Assembly: GCA_903889905.1 (NCBI GenBank)
Contig: CAISZI010000050.1
Coordinates: 45,294-109,293, forward strand
From: Candidatus Wirthbacteria bacterium
GTDB taxonomy: Bacteria > Patescibacteriota > CG2-30-54-11
Reading direction: 5' to 3'
DNA length: 64,000 nt
Positions 18,995-29,592 of the stretch are shown one piece after another; position 1 is the first letter of the stretch; each line of letters opens with the position of its first letter. Both the position numbers and the translations under genes were made by a program. A model generated the notes under the pieces. The model saw only the letters and a program-made list of their open reading frames with translations. It ran no database searches and was not told where the DNA came from.

Positions 18995-20086
18995 TCACAA
19001 TAGCGACACCCCTCCCTGATTCAAGAGCGACGGAGCCTTGACGTTTTTAAGCGCAGGCACGGGATCCCCCATTGCTTTGGCGAGTTTGGCTTCCTTGTCC
19101 CAGGCCATATACCACAGGTACAGATTGGCCGCGTATAGTTGCTCGACATACATCGAGTAACTCCAGGCGATGGCGACATAGAGCATGGTTGCCAGCCAGA
19201 CCGTGTCAGGCAAAACAATCTTGCCTTTGGCGGTAATGACAAAAAGTAGCGCTGGTGGAAAGAACACGATCACAGCAATGGCTTCGGAAAGGAGATAAGC
19301 CCTCACAAATCCTGACTTGTTGCCTTTCAAGACAGCAAATCCTTTTTTGACCGCGTTTGACAAACTCAGGTTTTCCCAGGCGATCGCCGGCATAATCAGG
19401 AAAACCACCATCCGTACCCCTTGGTTCACGGCAGAGAAAAAAGCTTCAGAAATCGACACTTTTTGATATCCGGCCAAAGTTTTGGCAGCATTCTCAGCAT
19501 TGATCGCGTCATCGTTATTTTTGCTTTGACGCGATGTCAATGCCGACAGCAGTAGTAACAAAAACCAGACAACGCTCCACATCAACATCAACGGCAGCAT
19601 GGTGATTAAGTTTTGGTTAATGGTGTCACCCAACGCTTGGGTAAAACTGGGTCTTTGCCCGTGTTCAATTTGCTGCAATAATTCCAGCACCAACGAACAG
19701 GAAAACATCAACAAAGCAGAAAAAATAAAAATCACGACAAACACCAACAACAATGTCTGTCCCCAGGCATTGGCGTCGGGTTGATATTTGAATTTTAGCC
19801 ACAGGATGATGGGCGCGTAGATAATCCAGACAATGATGAGTGGCAGCAGAAAAATGGGATATTTCACAAACAACCGCAACGAATCCATGAAAACGCTCGC
19901 TTTTTGGGACAGAGACAAAGTGGCATTGGTGTCATCATCCGAATCTGGCGGCACTTGATCGGCCGCTTCGTCTTTGGCCAGTTGCGCGTAGACTTCCTGC
20001 AGCGTTTTACTACTCGTTTCGGTCATGGCCTGCTGCCTTTTTTCGGCTTTGGACAACATACCAGCGAGTGGATCATCCGCTTTCAT
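18995..20086 (-). CDS. Hypothetical multi-TM membrane protein
   Basis: 363 aa, about 6 hydrophobic segments; AAGGAG RBS. Confidence 0.65.
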   Translation of the reverse strand: MKADDPLAGMLSKAEKRQQAMTETSSKTLQEVYAQLAKDEAADQVPPDSDDDTNATLSLSQKASVFMDSLRLFVKYPIFLLPLIIVWIIYAPIILWLKFKYQPDANAWGQTLLLVFVVIFIFSALLMFSCSLVLELLQQIEHGQRPSFTQALGDTINQNLITMLPLMLMWSVVWFLLLLLSALTSRQSKNNDDAINAENAAKTLAGYQKVSISEAFFSAVNQGVRMVVFLIMPAIAWENLSLSNAVKKGFAVLKGNKSGFVRAYLLSEAIAVIVFFPPALLFVITAKGKIVLPDTVWLATMLYVAIAWSYSMYVEQLYAANLYLWYMAWDKEAKLAKAMGDPVPALKNVKAPSLLNQGGVSLL

Positions 20087-20105
20087 GTCAAACTCCTTCT
20101 ATAAT

Positions 20106-21110
20106 TTACGGTTGTGTCCCCCTGGCTTTGCTGAGCGGCAGATCCTTTTCTATAAACTGCACCACCACGTTGCTCAAAATCTTGCCACCAAATACTGTAA
20201 AGTGCACCCCATCGTCCTGGCGTGCTTTTTGCTTGAGCCCAGTCTCATCGGGGACAATGGCGCTATAACGGTCATTCACCGCAAACCGGCTCCAGGTATC
20301 AACATATTCCACATTGGGAAACAGCTGTGCTTCGCTCTGGAATATCCGGTCCATGCGCGTGAACTTATTATAAAAATCCGTGGTGCCCGGTATTGGCTGA
20401 CCCACCCAATAAACCGTATCCACCACCGGGGAAACCAATTTGAGAAAGTCATCTACCCGTTTCTGGTAAACCGCGTCCCAGCCGGCATTATCCAGGTGCA
20501 CGGCTTTGCCACTGTCATCCAGAATACCCTGGCCGTCGTTGGCGCCAAACATCACCACCAGTACCTGCGGGTGGAAAGTCGCGATCAGCTGCAGCGCATA
20601 ATCGTTCCAGTTGAAATAATCGCGACGATTGAGGCCAGTGGAATATTTTCCTGCCCGTTTGACGCTGTCCACGTTGGGTAATGTCAGCAGTTGCCCTTCC
20701 AGCGCCGGTCCAAAGCCTTCGAGGATAATCGAGTCGCCAATGATCAAAATACTGTAGGGAGCTTGCAGTTTGGGTTTGACAAGGTTGGTCGTGTTCACCA
20801 GCGGCAGACTTTGCGGCTTGGCGGAAGTGGTGGAAGTCGTTGGCGCGTTGATCGGTGCAGTATTGTCAGCCAGTGGCGCTGGCGCTGTGTCGTCAGCTGC
20901 GATGAGACTTTCTGTTTGTTTGAGCTTTTCCCACTGCCGGTTTTCCCAGTGTTTAAATGTGCCCCACGGTGATTTGGCGATAAAAGTTCGCAGGCCTCCA
21001 ACGGGTAATCCCACATCCTGTGCAATCGCCAAAGAACCCGGCAGCTCAAACACAAACAAGATGCCAAATACCGCCAGCGCCAATTTGATCGATTTCCAAT
21101 CTTTGGACAT
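20106..21110 (-). CDS. SGNH/GDSL-family protein (DUF459-like; putative O-acetyltransferase partner)
   Basis: IIGDS, STGL.R.DYFNW, VVMFGAND, DGVHFT; downstream of MBOAT gene. Confidence 0.8.
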   Translation of the reverse strand: MSKDWKSIKLALAVFGILFVFELPGSLAIAQDVGLPVGGLRTFIAKSPWGTFKHWENRQWEKLKQTESLIAADDTAPAPLADNTAPINAPTTSTTSAKPQSLPLVNTTNLVKPKLQAPYSILIIGDSIILEGFGPALEGQLLTLPNVDSVKRAGKYSTGLNRRDYFNWNDYALQLIATFHPQVLVVMFGANDGQGILDDSGKAVHLDNAGWDAVYQKRVDDFLKLVSPVVDTVYWVGQPIPGTTDFYNKFTRMDRIFQSEAQLFPNVEYVDTWSRFAVNDRYSAIVPDETGLKQKARQDDGVHFTVFGGKILSNVVVQFIEKDLPLSKARGTQP

Positions 21111-21114
21111 AGGC

Positions 21115-22590
21115 CTAAAAAGAGAAATAAACAAATGGAGGCACCAAATCCGGCTTGAGCCCGACGATCACGGCCAGACAAACGACCACGACCACGACTT
21201 TCGCACGAAAACTGCTGACATTCAAAATCGCTTCCAACCAAAAACCCACCCGGTGACCGATTAAGTTAAATAAGACAATCAGACCGAGGACAATAAGCAA
21301 AACCGGTTGAACCAGGGTGACGGTGTGGATTTTGGCAGTGGTCAGCCCGCCATAATACATCAGCGCTGAATCGAGCGTGGGTGAATTAAAGAAAACCCAA
21401 AGCAGACTGACGGTGGTAAACGTACCAACCCAGCTCAGCGTCCGCCGCACGACATTGTCCTGCCAGAATTTGAGCCAGAGCGAGAGCCGATGGTTGATTG
21501 CACTCGCTACCCCAAGGCCAAAACCCCACAGGATAAAGGGCCAGCCCGCGCCGTGCCACAGCCCCGACAGTGTCATGGTGGCAATCACATTGAAATAGCG
21601 GCGTGCGGGTTTGATCGGGGCGTAAGTGTCTGTCACAGAACCATCGAGGTGTTTTGCGGTGACTTTGGGCCCACGGCTGCCACCCAATGGAATGTAGACA
21701 TAATCCCGAAACCATGACGACAGCGAGATGTGCCAGCGTTTCCAGAATTCGCTTAAATTCAAACTGGCATAGGGCCGGTCAAAGTTGGCGGCGGTATTGA
21801 TGCCGAGCAGATTGGAAATGGCAATGGCCAGATCGGAATAGCCACTGAAATCCACATACAAATAACAGGCATACGCCAGCACCGCGATCCACAAATCCAG
21901 ACTGGAATAATTCTGCGGCGTGGCAAACGGACCCTGGATGAAATTGTACAAAAAGCTCGACAGCACCAGTTTCTTCATCAGCCCCGAAATAATCAGCACA
22001 ATCACCCGCGCTTCATTGTAAACAAAACCGCTGCGACCATTTAAATCGTCATAAAACGGCTGTGGCCGCGCGATCGGTCCTGAGGCAATGTGCGGGAAAA
22101 AAGTGATGTAGTTGGCATAATCCAGGAACGACGGGAGCACGATTTTGCCATGGTAACTGTCAACGAGGTGAGCGATGGTACGAAAGGTGTAAAACGACAA
22201 ACCCACCGGCGCCAAGAGCGCCAGCAGGTTGATATCCACGCTGAGGTGGAAGACATGCAATAGAGAATACAGACTGTCGATGAAAAAGTTGAAATACTTA
22301 AAAATGCCAAGCTGGACCAGGTTCGCCACAATCCCGATGACCAGGAAAAGTTTACGGCTGTTTGTCCTTCGTAGCTTTAGCGAAGAAGGACTGGCTTCCA
22401 GCACAAAGTAGTAATTGACGAACACCGACGCCAACAACAGCAACAGGAAAGTCGTACTCCAAAGGCGGTAGAACGCCAAGCTCATGATCATGAGCCAAAG
22501 TTTGTACCACACGTTGCGCTGACGCAGCAGAACCACGCCACCAAAGGCTATTGCGAAAAACCCGACAAAGTTAAGCGTGGCAAAGGACAT
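21115..22590 (-). CDS. MBOAT O-acyltransferase (AlgI/PatA/DltB family)
   Basis: PVGLSFYTF, DFSGYSDLA, NFDRPY, EFWKRWHISLSSWFRDYVYIPLGG, GLWHG. Confidence 0.92.
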   Translation of the reverse strand: MSFATLNFVGFFAIAFGGVVLLRQRNVWYKLWLMIMSLAFYRLWSTTFLLLLLASVFVNYYFVLEASPSSLKLRRTNSRKLFLVIGIVANLVQLGIFKYFNFFIDSLYSLLHVFHLSVDINLLALLAPVGLSFYTFRTIAHLVDSYHGKIVLPSFLDYANYITFFPHIASGPIARPQPFYDDLNGRSGFVYNEARVIVLIISGLMKKLVLSSFLYNFIQGPFATPQNYSSLDLWIAVLAYACYLYVDFSGYSDLAIAISNLLGINTAANFDRPYASLNLSEFWKRWHISLSSWFRDYVYIPLGGSRGPKVTAKHLDGSVTDTYAPIKPARRYFNVIATMTLSGLWHGAGWPFILWGFGLGVASAINHRLSLWLKFWQDNVVRRTLSWVGTFTTVSLLWVFFNSPTLDSALMYYGGLTTAKIHTVTLVQPVLLIVLGLIVLFNLIGHRVGFWLEAILNVSSFRAKVVVVVVCLAVIVGLKPDLVPPFVYFSF

Positions 22591-22725
22591 ACGTTAAGTT
22601 TCTAGTCTTAAAAGTCGCTGAACCGACTTCCGTCATCATAGCAAAAGAGACATAAGTTTTACATAGATTAATGGCTGATTTCCTATTACAATACAAGTGT
22701 TCATTCCTTACAGACAGGAGGACTC

Positions 22726-23073
22726 GTGAAAATCCTCATCAAGCTGATCATCAATTCGCTGGCGGTTTATCTCTCCGCATTGATCCTCTCCCACGGCATT
22801 CATCTCAAGGACGCGATCACTGTGGTGGCAGTTGCGGTGATTCTTGGTGTGGTCAATACGTTCCTCAAACCTGTCTTGTTCATCCTGACACTACCGGTGA
22901 CCTTGCTGACGTTGGGACTGTTTGCCCTGATTTTGAATGCCTTGATGGTGCTGCTCGTGAGCGCACTGGTGCCAGGATTTGTGGTGGACGGACTGTTTTG
23001 GGCATTCCTCTTTAGCCTGCTCATGAGTGTTATTCGCAGTTTTCTCTATACGTTTGAAGCCGATGCCAAATAA
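22726..23073 (+). CDS. YvlD/DUF360 4-TM membrane protein ('phage holin family')
   Basis: LGVVNTFLKPVLFILTLPVTLLTLGLFALILNA motif; GGAGG RBS, GTG start. Confidence 0.85.
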   Translation: MKILIKLIINSLAVYLSALILSHGIHLKDAITVVAVAVILGVVNTFLKPVLFILTLPVTLLTLGLFALILNALMVLLVSALVPGFVVDGLFWAFLFSLLMSVIRSFLYTFEADAK

Positions 23074-23560
23074 AGCCAAAATTATTTTGCTGACGACCTC
23101 TTTGCTTGTCGTCTCCCTCGGCCTTACCGCTTGCGGCCAACAAACCAAAGCCTCACCTGCCGGATCGCAAGCCAAACTACCGACGCGCGTCATCACCTTC
23201 ATGAACGCCGACAATGACAATATCACCTTGACCGCCGAACTTGCCAGCACCGCTACCCAACGTCAAATCGGCCTGATGGGCCGCACCAGCCTGGGCGCTG
23301 ACGAAGGCATGCTGTTTGTGCTGCCAACCCCCATGGTAACCACTTTCTGGATGAAAAACACCCTCATCCCGCTCGATATGATCTGGGTGGACGAAAATGG
23401 CAAAATCATCGATATCCAGCAGGCGGAACCCTGCCTGACCGCTACTTGCCCCAGCTATACGCCACCCGGACCGGTCAAATTTGTGCTCGAAACCAACCAG
23501 GGCTGGGCACAGTCGCATAGTATTGACAGCAGCGCCACCATTTATTGGCCGAGTGTTTAG
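23063..23560 (+). CDS. DUF192 family lipoprotein
   Basis: Lipobox LTAC; GLMGR, GMLF, FWMKNTLIPLDMIW, VLE motifs. Confidence 0.88.
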   Translation: MPNKAKIILLTTSLLVVSLGLTACGQQTKASPAGSQAKLPTRVITFMNADNDNITLTAELASTATQRQIGLMGRTSLGADEGMLFVLPTPMVTTFWMKNTLIPLDMIWVDENGKIIDIQQAEPCLTATCPSYTPPGPVKFVLETNQGWAQSHSIDSSATIYWPSV

Positions 23561-24497
23561 GAAGCAGTTTCACTACCGCCAGGCAATCTTCTGCTGTTAT
23601 TTCTCAAATTCTTTTGAAGCCAAGGAATTTGGGGCCAGTGTCCCTGCTCATTGGCTTGACGCTTAAACACCGGCCCTAGCGTCCTGCCATCACCGGTGCC
23701 AACAACTGCCTCAAACCCCAGGTACCGGGCAGCCGAGACTGTCGCTTTGCTTGCTTCACAATTTACTCCAACCATGGATTCATCCAATTCATGCCCAAAT
23801 TGTTTGAGATCGACTGTTGGTTTGGCAGATTGCGTTAAAAATTGTACAAAACTGTTGCGTACGCCTGCTGGCACATTCCCTTCGGCATTCAACTCCTCAA
23901 TCATCAAGGTATCTGCCGGACAATTCAATTCCAGACAACTGAGGATCAAACCCGTGGCCCTCAGCCACATTTCGTTGATGGAAGGGCGTCTGATCGAGCT
24001 CCCGATGTGCCTGATAGCTCGGGCGTTATGACGAAATCAGGTGTTTGCCTTAGCCCCAAAACGTCCTTCATCTGTCGCAAAACCAGCCCCTGCGCAGAAT
24101 TCGAGACATATTGTTTCTCACCCGCAAGAACGGCATTCTCAATCAGATAATTCATGATAAAGACTGGCTTGGCATTTTCATCTAAAACACTATAAACCTG
24201 TCCAGCTATTGCTTGCGTAGCATCAAAAACCAACCCCCTCGCAAGCAGTTCGGGCAATACCGGACTACTTTTGAGACGATAATCGAGCCGCAGTCCATGT
24301 GGCGCCAAGGCGTCGACCATTGCCGGTGATTTGACCCTCGCCACCTCGAAACCAGATCCAAGCAAAGAAACTCCCGCGCATTGCATGACAATATCGTCAA
24401 TCGCACGTGCCAATGCGAAACCAACCTGCTCTTGTTCGCCAGAACCTATACCGTCTAACCCTTGAACCACGCCATTTTCCCCTGGGATGATAACCAA
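23557..24497 (-). pseudogene. Hypothetical gene split into two overlapping ORFs (23961..24497 and 23557..23970)
   Basis: Two same-strand ORFs in adjacent frames; the downstream frame is open from about 24035, consistent with one frameshift. Confidence 0.35.
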
Positions 24498-24550
24498 AAG
24501 GTACCTATGATATCATACAATAGCTTGCTTCTCTATTGATTGAATCTGTC

Positions 24551-25912
24551 ATGCTCCAACTCACTATCGACAAACTGATCCAGGGCGGCCAGGGTATGGG
24601 CCGACAAAAGCCCGACAAACCTCCTAATAACGATCCCATTGAAGGGGGCGAGCTTCCAAGCGAAGTCTCCGGCGGCTCTGCCGGAGCCGACGGAGGCAAA
24701 ACGATTTTCGCCTGGAACGCCCTTCCTGGCGAAGAAGTAGAAGTCGAACTGGTCCACAACAAAAAAACCTGGGCTGATGGCGTGGCGGTTAATATCCTCA
24801 AATCATCGCCCCACCGTATCTCTCCACGCGAGGAGCATTTCCTCTCCTGCAGCCCCTGGCAAATTCTCAGCTGGGAACAGGAAAATACCTGGAAACAGGA
24901 AATCGCCCGTGAAACCTACGCCCAGATCGGCGGCCTCCCACAGGATCAGACCTACGAGATCGTCGCCAACCAAGACCCAACCTATGGTTATCGCAACAAG
25001 ATGGAATACTCATTTGCAGTGGACGAAAAAGAACAAATCCGCCTTGCCTTCTTCGGCCGCGGTCAGCACAAACGCTTTGCCCACGACGGCTGCATTCTGG
25101 CCGAAGATGGCATCAACCAGACAGCGTTGGCAATCCTCAATTGGATCCGCACGCAGCCCAGCATTACGCTGCGCAACCTCAAGAGCCTGATCATTCGTTC
25201 CAATGGTGAAGGCCAGACCATTGCCGCACTGTTTCTCAAAGATGTGATGGAATTCGCTGACTATCCCGTTATCCACGACAACTGGCTGGGTTTTCAGCTC
25301 TACCATTCCTTTTACAAATCACCCGCTTCGGTGCCTACTAAATTGCTTTATAGCGTTGGCCAAGACTTCCTGATCACCCACCTCAATCAAACTCCACTCA
25401 AATTCGGCTTACTTAGCTTTTTCCAGGTTAACATCCCTCTGTTTCAGCAAGCGCTCACGACCATGGCGTCGTTTGTGGATGACGACAAAGAACTGCTGGA
25501 TTTCTATTCCGGCGTCGGCGCAATTGGCCTGCCGCTTCAACACCAGGCTCGCAAGGTAACGCTGGTGGACAACAACGCCGAAGCCATCCAGTATGCTCGG
25601 GATAACATCCAGCTCAACCAGGCTGATAACTGTGAAGCCATGCTCTCGCCCGCCGAAAATGTGACCGAGCTCATTACTACCGACAAAACGCTGATCCTGG
25701 ACCCACCCCGCGCCGGCTTGCATGACGACGTCACGCAGCGAATTATCGACCAGAAACCCGGCCGCATCCTCTACATGTCGTGCAATGTCGCCACTCACGC
25801 CCGCGATATCGGTTTGCTCAAAGAACATTACGACATCAAATTCCTCAAACTATTTAACTTTTTCCCGCGAACTCCACATGTCGAGAGTTTATGCGTGCTG
25901 GAGCGGAAATAA
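24551..25912 (+). CDS. RNA (uracil-5)-methyltransferase, RlmD/TrmA family
   Basis: TRAM-like N-terminus (ALPGEEV), YRNKMEY, SFFQVN, DFYSGVG, LDPPRAG, YMSCN, FFPRTPHVE. Confidence 0.88.
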   Translation: MLQLTIDKLIQGGQGMGRQKPDKPPNNDPIEGGELPSEVSGGSAGADGGKTIFAWNALPGEEVEVELVHNKKTWADGVAVNILKSSPHRISPREEHFLSCSPWQILSWEQENTWKQEIARETYAQIGGLPQDQTYEIVANQDPTYGYRNKMEYSFAVDEKEQIRLAFFGRGQHKRFAHDGCILAEDGINQTALAILNWIRTQPSITLRNLKSLIIRSNGEGQTIAALFLKDVMEFADYPVIHDNWLGFQLYHSFYKSPASVPTKLLYSVGQDFLITHLNQTPLKFGLLSFFQVNIPLFQQALTTMASFVDDDKELLDFYSGVGAIGLPLQHQARKVTLVDNNAEAIQYARDNIQLNQADNCEAMLSPAENVTELITTDKTLILDPPRAGLHDDVTQRIIDQKPGRILYMSCNVATHARDIGLLKEHYDIKFLKLFNFFPRTPHVESLCVLERK

Positions 25913-26200
25913 ACATTAATACCATATTTCTCTTAATGCTTCCTTGTGTGCTTTAGAATACGATCCGTGACATAATTTAACTAATCGTTGCGCATTTCGA
26001 TAGGCTTTTGTCAAACTCCTACGTTTTTTTGCTAGTGCTGACAATCCAACTGTTACCGTAGGGTATAATTATCGTATTTGTCTCGGGCTTAGGATTTCCA
26101 TGGATTAATGGTTGATAAAAGATAAATACTAGGACAGAACTTACACCAATCATGTCGGCGCTTAGTTCATGTTACACTAGTATACTTCCATCTTATCAAC

Positions 26201-27475
26201 TTGAGACACGAATTGCCCTACCGCAACCTCGAAGCCTATGAACTTGTACCCAAAGCACAACCGAAAGTACGTCCGCCGATTGGACTGGAGGCTGCGTGGC
26301 CAGAAACTGAAGGCGACCGGCCGGATTGGGTGAAAGCGCTTACTGCTGGGCAACGATTTGCGGCTTATGACGACATTGTCATGGGTAGTAGCCCAATGCT
26401 CGACCTCACTTCGGGGCAGGTGAACACTGGCCGACAATCAAAACGCGATAGCGCCATTTTAAAACCACAACATCTGTATCTGATTCCCATCAATTTAGAT
26501 GAAACTATCCTTCCTCGAGGCTATCTTGAATGGGTTTGCGCACAGCTTCAGGGACAACCACGGCAGGATGATTCCAGTATGACTTGCGGCGATAATTTTG
26601 CATGTGTCAGCCTTGAACAGGTGACGCAAGTCTTGAATTGGGAACACAGCGCAACTCAATCTGAGCTCAGCAGAAATTTACTAACAATGGGTACTCGTTC
26701 CACCGCTGCCCAATCTGGTCTTAATATTTTGGAAACCATCTTCCACTCTAACGCTGACAAACTGCAGGCACACCTTTTGGTCCACAATATTGGCATGCCA
26801 CTCAGCTTGCTGCCAGGCGATGAACTGGGCAGTGTCTACTCGCCAGCTAACGCCGAACTGTTAAGCGGTGTGGACTTGACTGCAGCCATCCAAAACAATG
26901 CCATAGAGATTAGCAATCCCTCATCACCTAACGCAGGGCATGGTATTGAAACGCTCGGCCGCGATTGGGCTTATTTGACACCTGAGGGGTTGCTCACAAC
27001 CGATGCGACCGTGGCCACGGCCATTGCTCTGCGCATTGGTAACGAATTTTACCGGCTCAATCCACATCGGAGCAATTTACCCAGAATCCTGCATCCCGAT
27101 GCTATTCGCTCTAGAAAATACCGTCACTACATGTCTGACAGACGTTTTCATTTGCGCTTCGACGCCTCTAAGGGCGACCCCATGCCACCGTTTTGGATTG
27201 GACAAACCCGTGCCTCAGTTAGACTGGCCACCGGACGTAACCTCATTCTCGACTCCAACATGTGGATTGGCGATTTGGGAGGCAAAGTAACTGGCGGCGT
27301 GGCGGAACACATTAACGCACTCAGAATCGACCAGAATGGAACCGCCAATCGCTGGCCGCTGCGTGTAGAAGTAGCGCAACATTATCCCGGCCTGGCACGA
27401 CCACAACAAGCCATCTGGACCGCAGCGTTTGCTTACCAGGATCGCGCACTAACTGTCGACAATCCCAATCGGTGA
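26201..27475 (+). CDS. Hypothetical protein (start uncertain)
   Basis: 424-aa open frame, TTG start, no recognised motif. Confidence 0.5.
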   Translation: MRHELPYRNLEAYELVPKAQPKVRPPIGLEAAWPETEGDRPDWVKALTAGQRFAAYDDIVMGSSPMLDLTSGQVNTGRQSKRDSAILKPQHLYLIPINLDETILPRGYLEWVCAQLQGQPRQDDSSMTCGDNFACVSLEQVTQVLNWEHSATQSELSRNLLTMGTRSTAAQSGLNILETIFHSNADKLQAHLLVHNIGMPLSLLPGDELGSVYSPANAELLSGVDLTAAIQNNAIEISNPSSPNAGHGIETLGRDWAYLTPEGLLTTDATVATAIALRIGNEFYRLNPHRSNLPRILHPDAIRSRKYRHYMSDRRFHLRFDASKGDPMPPFWIGQTRASVRLATGRNLILDSNMWIGDLGGKVTGGVAEHINALRIDQNGTANRWPLRVEVAQHYPGLARPQQAIWTAAFAYQDRALTVDNPNR

Positions 27476-27543
27476 TGTCCGTGGTCAATCGCTATTGGCT
27501 GTGATAGATTGGTAGGTGTTAATACTATCAAAACTGTAGGCGC

Positions 27544-28398
27544 ATGCGCCAAAACAAATCCCAAATTGCATCCCTGCTCGCCGTTTTTTGCAGCATGCTG
27601 CTCACCATCCTCAAACTGTCCGCTGGCATACTTTCCAACAGCCAGTCACTGATCTCTGACGGGCTCAATTCCCTGCTCGACATTGTCTCGGGAACCATCA
27701 TCTTTGTTGCCATTCGTGTGGGTGGTAAAAAAGCCGACGACAAACATCCCTTTGGCCACAACCGCGCCGAACCCATTGCCGCACTTGTGATTGCCATCCT
27801 GGCTGGCATTCTCAGCTTCGAAATCATCCGCGACGGCATCACCTCCATACTCCACCGCACGCCAGTTGAAGTCACCAATTTTACGTTTTTTGTGGTTTTT
27901 TTCTCGGTTGGCCTCAAAACCATCATGATGCTTGCCTTCCGTCGTATCGGCCGCGCCAGCAACAGCCCTTCGCTCAAAGCTGCCGCGATTGACTTTCGCA
28001 ATGACATTTTCGCTTCGAGCATGGTCATCGTAGCCGTAATCACCGCCAAACTCGGCCTCTCGGTACTCGACTCCTATATTGCCATATTGCTTGGACTCTG
28101 GATCGCCTACTCAGGTTTCAACATCGCACAGGAAAACCTCAAATACCTGATGGGCGAGTCACCGGATGGTGAACTTCTAAAGTTGGTACACGACAAAGCA
28201 TCAGGCATCCTGGGCGTCAAACAAATCCATGCTGTCAAAGCCCAGTACCTGGGTTCGGAAGTTGAAGTGGTGGTAGATATCGAAATTGACAAACGACTCA
28301 CATTGCAGCACGCCCACGAAATCGGCGAACACGTCAAGCAAGCGCTCGAGGAAACCCCTGAAATCTGCCACGCCTTTGTGCATATCGACCCGGTCTAA
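27544..28398 (+). CDS. Cation diffusion facilitator transporter (FieF-like)
   Basis: SLISDGLNSLLD, ADDKHPFGHNRAE, AHEI, FVHIDP. Confidence 0.92.
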   Translation: MRQNKSQIASLLAVFCSMLLTILKLSAGILSNSQSLISDGLNSLLDIVSGTIIFVAIRVGGKKADDKHPFGHNRAEPIAALVIAILAGILSFEIIRDGITSILHRTPVEVTNFTFFVVFFSVGLKTIMMLAFRRIGRASNSPSLKAAAIDFRNDIFASSMVIVAVITAKLGLSVLDSYIAILLGLWIAYSGFNIAQENLKYLMGESPDGELLKLVHDKASGILGVKQIHAVKAQYLGSEVEVVVDIEIDKRLTLQHAHEIGEHVKQALEETPEICHAFVHIDPV

Positions 28399-28406
28399 AA
28401 CCCATC

Positions 28407-29411
28407 CTACCGTAGCACCACCCGACGCGATTGCAATGGCGCACTCCAACTGGGATCATAAGGCTCTGCGCTTCGTACCACAGGAATATTCCACTGGGTT
28501 TGGACGTAGTCAAACATATTTGCAATAGGGAATTTCATATCATTTTCTCCCACAATTCCCTGCACCAGATCCATCACCATGCGCACCGCAAGGGGCTCCT
28601 TCAACACGGGCAAAAAAGCTTTTGCCATGCGGTCGAGGTTCCGTTTGGCTTGCTCTGCATCGGCCACAAATTTATCCTCAAGCTCCATCACGCCCAGCTG
28701 ACCATCCAGCACATCCAGCAACAATATTAAATGGTAACTAAAATCATCGACTGTTACATTCGTCCCGCGTTGAGTAAATCGTCGATAAACCTCTTTAGCT
28801 TTCTCACGCATTTGATGGCGCTGGGCCCTGCACTGTAGAGGACTTAGTCTGACCATGGCATCGAGCAATTGACCAGTACAACGCTGCTCGCGCACATCCC
28901 ACTCCTGCTGCGACATCCCGGAACCATTGACCGTTTTGGCAGAATGCGAATACACGGCATCGCCATGCACCGCTTCCCCGATATCGTGCAAAAAAGAACC
29001 CAGCACGACTTGGTGGTACCCATTCTCACCTAACCGTGCTTTGATTTCTGGGTATGCCGACAACAGCTGTTGAAGTAACCGCAGCATATTTAAAGTGTGT
29101 TCCAGATCCGTTTCGCCGTCTCCCGCAAAACGCCGAACTTTGTTCAACAAATAAATCGAGGCCGTCACCATTCCCATTTCCAGCTCACCAGACTCCGTCA
29201 AACCCAGCGCCCGAGTCAGAATCCTTAGCATTTCCCCATTGCCGTCCAACAACTGTTGAACCTCGGCTGTGGCCATGGTGCGGTGATTTCTACCGCCAAA
29301 ATTGCCCACCTCAATCTTATTTTTGGCAATGGCGTCTTGAGTGCCGTCAAGGCAACTTACGATTTGCTCCAAAGACTGCTCATCAACGTTGCAATGAACG
29401 GACTCGCTCAT
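28407..29411 (-). CDS. HD-domain hypothetical protein
   Basis: ETDLEHT...FLHDIGEAVHGD...D pattern of HD phosphohydrolases. Confidence 0.55.
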   Translation of the reverse strand: MSESVHCNVDEQSLEQIVSCLDGTQDAIAKNKIEVGNFGGRNHRTMATAEVQQLLDGNGEMLRILTRALGLTESGELEMGMVTASIYLLNKVRRFAGDGETDLEHTLNMLRLLQQLLSAYPEIKARLGENGYHQVVLGSFLHDIGEAVHGDAVYSHSAKTVNGSGMSQQEWDVREQRCTGQLLDAMVRLSPLQCRAQRHQMREKAKEVYRRFTQRGTNVTVDDFSYHLILLLDVLDGQLGVMELEDKFVADAEQAKRNLDRMAKAFLPVLKEPLAVRMVMDLVQGIVGENDMKFPIANMFDYVQTQWNIPVVRSAEPYDPSWSAPLQSRRVVLR

Positions 29412-29592
29412 ATCTCTCTTCGCTAAAAAGTCAGGTGTTCATCTTAACACAAAAATCACTCGCCTTCACATTGTCTCCACATCCCTTGCCTATAATTAAT
29501 AAGATCAGCCTCGTTTTTTGCACAACTAAAACGTGATACCATTAGCTTGAAATACCCTCAATGGGCGTTTATCAACTCAAAAAGACAAACCC

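Noticed and set aside
407-23073. Prophage suggested by the baseplate-J-like and 'holin' genes
   Set aside because: They are 20 kb apart among housekeeping genes with no capsid, terminase, portal or integrase; both families occur as chromosomal genes
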